Of a stretch of DNA of 64,000 nt, positions 31,401-40,400 are shown one piece after another. The notes beneath the pieces were generated by a model. It was not told the origin of the DNA, searched no databases, and was given only the letters and a program-made list of their open reading frames with translations. The stretch is from NCBI GenBank assembly GCA_944381175.1, contig CALWKD010000020.1, positions 22,888 through 86,887 of the forward strand, read 5' to 3'. Numbering within the stretch: the stretch's first letter is position 1; each line of letters starts with the position of its first letter. A program made the position numbers and the translations under genes. The DNA is from an uncultured Clostridia bacterium. GTDB lineage: Bacteria > Bacillota > Clostridia > Christensenellales > UBA1242.

Positions 31401-34400
31401 CTCGATTTCTCAATCTCCTTCAAAGACGAAGAAGTTTCGCAAATGAGAAACGCGGGCACATACATCATCAGCGTTTCAGGTTTGGATTTGGTTTATTCAA
31501 ACGCAGCAGAGTTCGGCTCAGAGACTTTTGAGGTTACGATAAATCCATATCAAGTTGAACTCTCCGAAAACAACATTTCTTTCAGCAAATATTTCAACAC
31601 AGACGACCAATCGCTCACAAGAGAAATCTTCTTTGTTGAGACGGTTGGACTCACCTTTGAAAGAGAGGCGGGAGAGGATGTCGGAGAGTATGAAATTTAT
31701 CTGAGTGCAGTTTCTGATTCAATAAAAGAAAACTACATTTTCAAGATGAATGATGTTGTTGTGTTTGAAAATGGGGCTCAGACCGAGAATGGTGCTTCGA
31801 CAAGCGTTGGAACTTTTGAAATTCTGACAAGCGGAAATTTGAGAGTTTATTATGAAGAGACGGAAGAAAATCCTCAGACGATTGAGACAAGTTACAGTGC
31901 TGAGGGCTTCAGTATTGAACTTGACGGCTTTGTTCTGAAGATTTACAACGGCAGTTCGTTGTTTAAATCAATCGACCTAAAACTCTATGATGTGACTTTG
32001 GGCGAAGATGTCGAAGACGAAGAGATTTTGGCAATCATTACAGAGAATTTTTCAGATGTTGTCATAAATTTCTTTGACACCAGCGCACATCAGAGCGTGA
32101 CAAACAGCGGGACTTATTCATATTCGTTTATAAATTTGGACGGAATTTCAAAATATTATTCTGATGTCGTTTTTGCACCAGGTTATCAGTTTATCATTGG
32201 AAACAACGCAATTGATGTTTCGACGATGTCTTTTGACAAGGTCTATGACGGCGAAACTCAAGCATATTTCACAATTTCTGGAACAAAAATTGAGGACATT
32301 GACAGTTTTTCAGGAATTTACATCTCAGCGACATATGCAAATGCTCACGTGGGACAGACCTCTGTTTCGTTGAGTTTGATGAACAAAGACTCGGGAGAAA
32401 GCATTGCAAATTATCAACTTTCTTCGCAATTTACAACGGCAAACATAACAAAACTTTCTGCTCGATTGACAATTTCGATGGATAAGCAAACTTATGAATA
32501 TGGCGAGATTTCCACAAACAATCTAAATTCTCACATCTCAACCACTTATCAAGTGGAAGATTTGGAAGGAAATGATGTTTCAGACTTGCTTGTGAATGGA
32601 TATTTCAACATCACATTCACATTGCCGACAGAGATTATGACAAATGCAAACGGATTTGTTTACAAAGGCGAGTATCAACTCCAAGCAAGTGGAAGTTTTG
32701 ACGATTTCAATATGACAATCGTCACTCCAAGTTTCACCATTGCAGAAAAGACAATTGAAAAGACGATTTCTGCTGGACAATTCAGCATTCTTTCAAGTGA
32801 GAATGTTGCTTCGTCCTACACAGAGACCTATCTTCTCAATGAGACTGGTGACACAATCAATCTTTTATACTATGTTGTTGGGCTGACGGCGGGACAGCCT
32901 GCAAGCATCGGCTTCTATGATGTCGCACTCTCGGAAGACACATATGTAAGTGGAAGCGTTGTGTTTGTCATAAACACTGACAATGACGGCTTTGCGGTCA
33001 AGGCGGAAGAAAATCTTGTCTACATTGTGCTTGACACTTCAATTTTGACAACGCAATATAATGGTGCAGATTATGTTTTAAGTGTTAATGTCTCAAACAA
33101 AACTCTCTCAGTCACAAATGGAACAGATATCAAGACGGGTGCAATAAGTTTTGTTTATGCCGACACTGACCTTGAAGTTGAGGACATAATTTTGGAGTCA
33201 CTTGAAATTTATTATGGCTCTTCGACGAAAAATTTCGTAAATGTAGGGACATACAGATTAAATTTCTCTGCAACATCAGCAACACACTCAAATCTTATGT
33301 TCAAGGAAGAATATGATTTTGTAATCACGGAAAAAGAGATTGATGCGTCAAAGATTGAAATCAAACAGACTTACAATGGCGGAGACAATTTTGTTATCAC
33401 CGATTTTGAAGGGAAAGTGCCTTCGGACAATGTTTCACTTTTGGCAAAATACGCAAGCACGGATGTTGGGACAGAAATTGACGTGAATTTGTATCTCCAA
33501 GGTTCAAGTGCATCAAACTATGTTTTGATAAATGCTGAAAATCTCAAGGGAGAAATTGAAAAAGCAAACGCCTATGTCGAACTCTCACAAACATCTTTTG
33601 TGTATGGAAGTTTGACTCTGAATTTGGGCGTGCCATACACTGTGACCTCGGGTGGAGTTACGGTTTCTTCATCTCAGCACAATATAACTTTGAACATTGT
33701 TGGTGCCACCTATTCTGCGATTGGGTATTTGGAGAGCGGGACATATGATGTCACTTTGGATGGTTCTTCAACCTCAGCAAATTACAACCTGATTTTTGAT
33801 GCGGACCAAACAATCACGGTGTCTGCTTACTCCATTTCGGTTGTTTTGGCGACAAGCGGACAATATTCATTTGTTTACGGTTCTGCAGAGAGCAAGTCCA
33901 CAACTTTCACTGGGACATATTTGACATCTTTGAACGAATACATTTCGTTGACCTTCACAAGAGAAGAGGGAATCGAAGTTGGATATTACAAAGTGATTTC
34001 TGCAGTTTCAAATTCAAAGAATTACACAGTTTCAAGCACTGTGGATGGAAGTGACGGAGCGTTCAGAATCACAAAAGCAAATGAAACGATTTACATCTTG
34101 ATGAGCAGTGATGCGGTTGTTTCTGGAGATACAAGACAGGTTGCGACCATTGTCTATGACGGAAACCTTTATGACAGAGTTTCTGTTGCAAAGAAGACGG
34201 GCGATGACATTTACCAACTCGTCTTTGAGAGCAGTGAAAATTCTTCTGCAACACAGTATTATGATTTGAATTATTACTCGTATGACATCGAGACAAACGA
34301 ATACACACTTCTTTCTGACACTGTTATCGACGGATTGAAGGCGACTTTAATCTTTGCAAACGGCATTGGAGCGGGAAATGTTGGAGAATATTTGATTGCT

Positions 34401-37400
34401 GTGCAAGATGCGACTGCCGACAACTTTATGGTAAGCCTCGGAATGTATGGGCAACAAAACTTCTACTTGCAAATTGAAAAGAGAAACCTCTACTTCAAAG
34501 AGCAAATCGTCACCAAGGTGTTTGACAATGAGGATGCTGAGTTTGACTTTGACGATGTGTCGGAAATCCTCGACGGAGTTTTGGCAAAAGACCTTGAGAG
34601 CCTTTCACTCAACATAAGACTTACCGAAAATGGAGCGGTTGCAAAATATGTTGGATATTCCTACACTGTGGAAGCAACACTCTTTGGTGGAGATGCAAAT
34701 TACACCCTGAATCTGACGACTTCTGAAGGAATTGCAGTTATTGGAACGATCACTCCAGCGGACATCACAATCACGATTGACAGCCAGGCATTTGTCTATG
34801 GAGAAGATATTGTGCTTGAATATACATACTCGACAGATATTGATTTGACCTACTATGAAAAAGGCATAAGCATCAATGTCGTTCCGATTGCTTCGGATGA
34901 TGATTATTCAACAAGTGGGGCTTTGAAAGTCGGAGAATATGATGCTGTTTGCGTGCTCAGCAGTCCAGATTTCAAAGCGGTTTATGTTGTGAATGGCGAA
35001 GAGTCGGATGTTCTTGACCAAATTCAAATCACGATTATCAAGAAGGAACTTTCTTTGCAAGGTGTCACTGAGGCTTTGCAGGAAATATTCACAAAGACTT
35101 ACGATGGATCAAATGAAGTTAAACTTCAAAACGACGACGGAACAAGCAGAGTGAACCTTCTTGGAGTTGTAAGCAAGCAGCAGTCTGCAGGAGAAGGTGA
35201 GGAAGTTTCTGTCTTGACAGATGATGTCACTTTGGTTTCGGCAACTTATGCGTCCGAATATATTGGACAATCTATCGAAATCGTATTCAATCTCTCAGGT
35301 GTTGATGTTGAAAACTACAACTTGACCTCTTGGAACTATGGTGTGATTGAGGCGATTGTGGTCGGATTGAACTTCAACTATAACGCAGAGGGCAATAATG
35401 TCAAGTCAAATGTTGAAAACGCAAATTTGCAACAAATAAACATTCTTGCTTTCCCATTTATGTCGCAGGCGAACTTGACCTCAAACTCTGCTGACACAAA
35501 CACCACCTCAATCAGAAACTTCCCAACAATGCTCACAGGAAAGACTGGAAACACCTTTGTTGGTTGGACGATGTCGTTTGGAAACATCGCTGAGGGCAGT
35601 GAAAATTACAACTATCTTATGGCAGTTTTGAAAAACATTGGGATGGAATACACTTATTCTGCCGATGCGGAAGAGTTTGTGGTGAATGTTGGCAATGACG
35701 CGGACACGGTTGAACTTTTGAATTCGTTGCTTCAAAACGAAGCCGACAATTTGGGATATTATTACAAAAACCACGAAGACATCTCTTTCCAATTTGATGC
35801 GGTTTGGGATATTAACAAAATCACCGTAAATATCAAGATTGCGGATGAAAATGGAGAAGATTCCACTTATGGAGTTGTCCAACTTGAGACCAGCAGTGGC
35901 GTAAGCACTGAGATTACCTCGACTTACAGCGGAACATTTGATTATGGCACGAGGTTGGTTTTGACAGCAAAGGCAAATCCGCATTGCACATATTATGGCT
36001 TCTACAACGCAACAGGAAGCATACACTATGACAACAATGTCGCAAGCGGAGTGACAGTCTCCACAGGTGAGGACGGAGTTGTGTTGGCGGTGGAGAGCCT
36101 TGGCACTGCTTACAACTTTGTCGCAAGATTTAAAGCGGACGAAGTTCAGGTCAATGTTGATTTGACGGACGCAACAAACGCGACAATCTCCTCATCTGGC
36201 TTTGTCAGCAACTCGCAAGGACTTTACACTTGGAACACCACTTATCTTGCTTTGGAAGATTTCACCTTGGCGGATATTGGCTTGAGCAGAGTTGGATACA
36301 ATGTCAATAGTTTCAGCGACGGACAGACCACCATAACAAGCACCGATTTTGAGAGCACAAACATCAGTGACCTGCTTTCAGAACAGCAGAGTTCAATCAC
36401 TCTCACGCCAGAATTTGAGGCGGTTGGAGTTGTTGTGACGCTGGATTTCAACGACGACACGACGGAAGATATTCAAATCAGCGTTCCATTTGGACAGAAC
36501 TATGCAAGTGCGTCAGGTTGGATTGAGACGCCGACTTATCTTGGACACAAGTTTGAGGGCTGGTATGATTCCTTCTCTGGAGAGATCGTGACGGGGCAGA
36601 CCGTTCTCACGACGACCGACAGTCGAACACTCACGGCGACTTGGTCAAAAGAAAAATACAGCGTGACCATAACGACGGAAAATGCGGACATCACTTCGGA
36701 GGTTTTGACTGGAGCAGAAAATGTTTACACTGCGGCTGAGGTTGAATTTGACAGTTCAGTAAGTTTCAAAGTCACTCCAAAAGCGGGTTACACTTTGGAA
36801 AATGCTGAAGAGTGGAACGAAAACTTCCAAATCACGCCAGAAGATGACGGCTCTGTGACAGTAAACTTCAAAATGCCAGCAGGAAACATCGAATGTCAGA
36901 TTGTTGCCACAGCAGTCAAGAACAATGTGACAATAAGTGGCGACCATTTGGGAGAAATTTTGGCATATGATGTGACTGGAGAAGAGACGCCGATTGATTT
37001 TGAGGGCACAACCATACCTATTGAGACGGGGAAAGTCTTGAAATTGGTTGTCTCTGCCACATATGGCTTCCAGATGACTGACGAAGTTTCTTGTGATGAC
37101 GAAAATGTTTCGATTTTGAGAGAAGTAAGCGGTGGAGTGCTCACCTTGACGATTTCAAACATTGTTGGAGACACAAATATCACACTGAATACCATTGAGA
37201 CAATCAATGATGTGACAATCAAGTTCAGTGACAGCAGTGTGATTGAAGACTTGATTGTTGGCGGTGTGAATTACAGAGATTTTGCAAATCTTGCACCTTT
37301 CCAAGTCAACACTGGTGACGAACTGGAGATGTATTTGAAGTTTGTGCACGGGTTTGAGTATGATTCTTACTTCACGGACGGAGAATTTGAAGTTGTTTCC

Positions 37401-40400
37401 GCTCTTGCAACGGAAGGCGATTTTGCAACTGAAGGATATTACAAAGTCGTTGTTTCAAATGTCACCGATGACGGAGAGATAACGCTCACAAGCAAACTCT
37501 CCAAATTCACTTTGAATTTTGTGGTTAGGTCTTTCGACGAAAATAAAGTGGAAGTGACAGAGCCAGAAAACAAGATTTTGGTTGACGGAGAAGAGGCTGG
37601 GGCTGAGATTGAGGCTGACTTTGGCTCGACTGTCACACTCACCTATTCGATGTCTGACATTTACAGTTTTGCAGGTTGGAGCAAAGACGGCGTCAATGTG
37701 TTCAGTATGGAGAGTGAGTTGGAATATGAAATTTCTGACAATGAAACCATTTATGCAATCTTCTCTTCGATGATATTCAACATAAGATTCTCGACATACA
37801 ACTACTATGTGCTGAACTCCGAATATGGTGATCCATCTGCAGAAAGAATTGTTTATCAAGAGATTGCGGGAAGAGGTGAGAGTTTTGTTGATGTCGACAC
37901 AAATCAAACCATTTCCTCTTTGGAACTCTACTTTGGCTCGAGCAAGACTCTTCGATACACCGTTCCGACTGGATACAGATATTATGGAATTGGATACAGA
38001 GATGGAAACGATTTTGTTATGCTTGAAATCGACGAGACAAGTTCGAGAACGGTTGAGTTCACTCTTTCAAGTTTGACGCTTGATGAAGACTTGGCAAATC
38101 TGACAATTTACGCAGTCGTTAGGGCATACAGTTTCGACATAAACATCAACACTGCAGTGGACATTGACAGCGTCAGAGAGTCGAATGAAGATGTCGGCGG
38201 AGTGAGACTGCAAAGTTCTTCAGGAGAAGAGACAAACCAATATGGTTATGTTGACGGCACAAGAGTGCATTACAGTGAAAACGACTTTGTTGACGGAAGT
38301 CTTGTTGATGACAGGCAGTTCACTGTTGTCGGCTACACTGGAGAAGATGTTTACATCCGCGTGGATGTGAAGAAAGCGGGATACAGGTTCTACGATATTG
38401 TGTCAAACACAGACTCTGTCACACTGTCCGAAGTGGAACGCGGAGAAAACTATGTTATCTATGTCATCAGAGGTGCTGTTGGAGGCACAACGATTGATAT
38501 TGATGTGCTGTTTAGACCAAACTTAAACAACATTAAAATAGGCTTTAAATATGCAGAGAACGATGTCAACGGCGGGGCAATCACATATGCGGTTGACAGC
38601 GAAAATGCAAACAAAGTCTGGGCATCGGGAAGAGATTATTCCTCAATCACCGTTGCGGGCTACACGGACAGTTTCTTTGAAGTGTATGTGTATGTCAAAC
38701 TTGGCTATTATGTTGACCCAAGCAATATTGAAATTCTTTGTGCGGATGATATAATCGACAGAGACTCAATCGAATACACAGCACTTTCTGTCGAGGACGG
38801 ATACACGGGAAGAATCAAGTTTGTTGTCAAAGATTATTTGCAGGCGAGCGAGATTTACATAACCTTGAAAGCCTATTCTTACACAGTCAAACTTGTGGAA
38901 GATGAAGAGACTTTGGTTGTGATAAGAAATGTCGAGTTTGGCTCGCGTATGAATCTCTATCAACAAAACCAAGACAACATTGAGATTTCCGAAACAGAAG
39001 AGAGGATAATGTTTGTCGACGGAAAGTTGGCGTTCAATATGCAAAGAGAGAATTACAACTTTGAGGGCTTCTTCACAAGCGAAAATGGTGTTGGCGTGAG
39101 ATATATTGACGGAAATGGAGATGTTGTGCTGGAGTGGAACGAAAGTGGTTACCGCCAGAACACAATCACCTCGAAATACGAACTCACCGAAAACGCCTTC
39201 TTCAACACTGAAACAGGCGAAATGGAAATCACACTTTACTTGTATTGGTCTTATTACAAAACAAGAATCAGTTTTGAACTTGTTCCAAACGCAAACTTCA
39301 ATGTCACAGCACAAGATATGGTGACGGGCGTTGATTATGCAAATTCGTGGTTCTATCCGACATCGCCGATGTATATTGAGGTTGCGTTCAACACCAATAT
39401 CTATATCGTCGCTCCAGAACTCAGCGGATACAAGTTCTACAAGTTCATCATCCAGCAAAGAGATATTGACGGGAATTGGCTTGAGGAAGTTGTCACATTC
39501 TCAGACGAAGTGCCTTGGTCGACAAACGAAAGCGACAAGATTGTCGAGGTCAACATTCAAGTTGTTTACTTTGCAATGGTTGAAGTTGTGGTGTATGGCG
39601 GTGAAGGAAGTTTCACAATCGTTCAAGACTCGTCGGATGCACAGGCGGTGGCTCTTGTGGAACAGAACTATGTTGACACCACAAAACCATTCGACCTTGT
39701 TGCAGTTTTTGATGAAAACAACTTTGAATTTGTCAGATGGAACAACCTCACAAATGGACAATCTTGGGCAGGGCAGACTTGGGCAGGGCTGATGATTGAC
39801 TCAAAGACCACTCTCATTATGAACATCCAAGGCAAGACCTTTGTGATAAGTTTTGCAGATGAGGCAGACCAGATGTATGATTACACCTTCGGACGAATCT
39901 TGTCAGTGATGACCGAATCGGCGGACGGAACGTCACGGGCATACAGCCTTGGCTCTTACGTTGCAAACAACTTCACTCCGACAAGGACTGAGGTTGAGGC
40001 GAGAGTTGGAGACAAAGTGACCTTTGTGCTCTCAATTGACTATGGATTTGCAGTTGTGTGGAACAGAGATGACATAACATTTGCAAATTACACGGGCGGA
40101 TTGTATTACTTTGAGATGACGGTCGGGGATTGTCCTCCAGATTCACTTATGCGAATTTTGCCTGAGTTTGAAAATGAAATTGTCTCAATTTACATAAACA
40201 GAGATTTCATCGAGTCTGACATAGAGGAAAACACAATTGATATGAACTCCGTTTCAATGGCAGGTTACACGACCTACAACGGAACTCGAACGGACTTTGT
40301 GTCAAGTGCATACAATGTGGAGAGCATTTTGATTGGACTTGTGACAAATGACAGATACGGCGTCGCTTCGATCGTGGTGAGAAACTATGAGAAGGAGTTT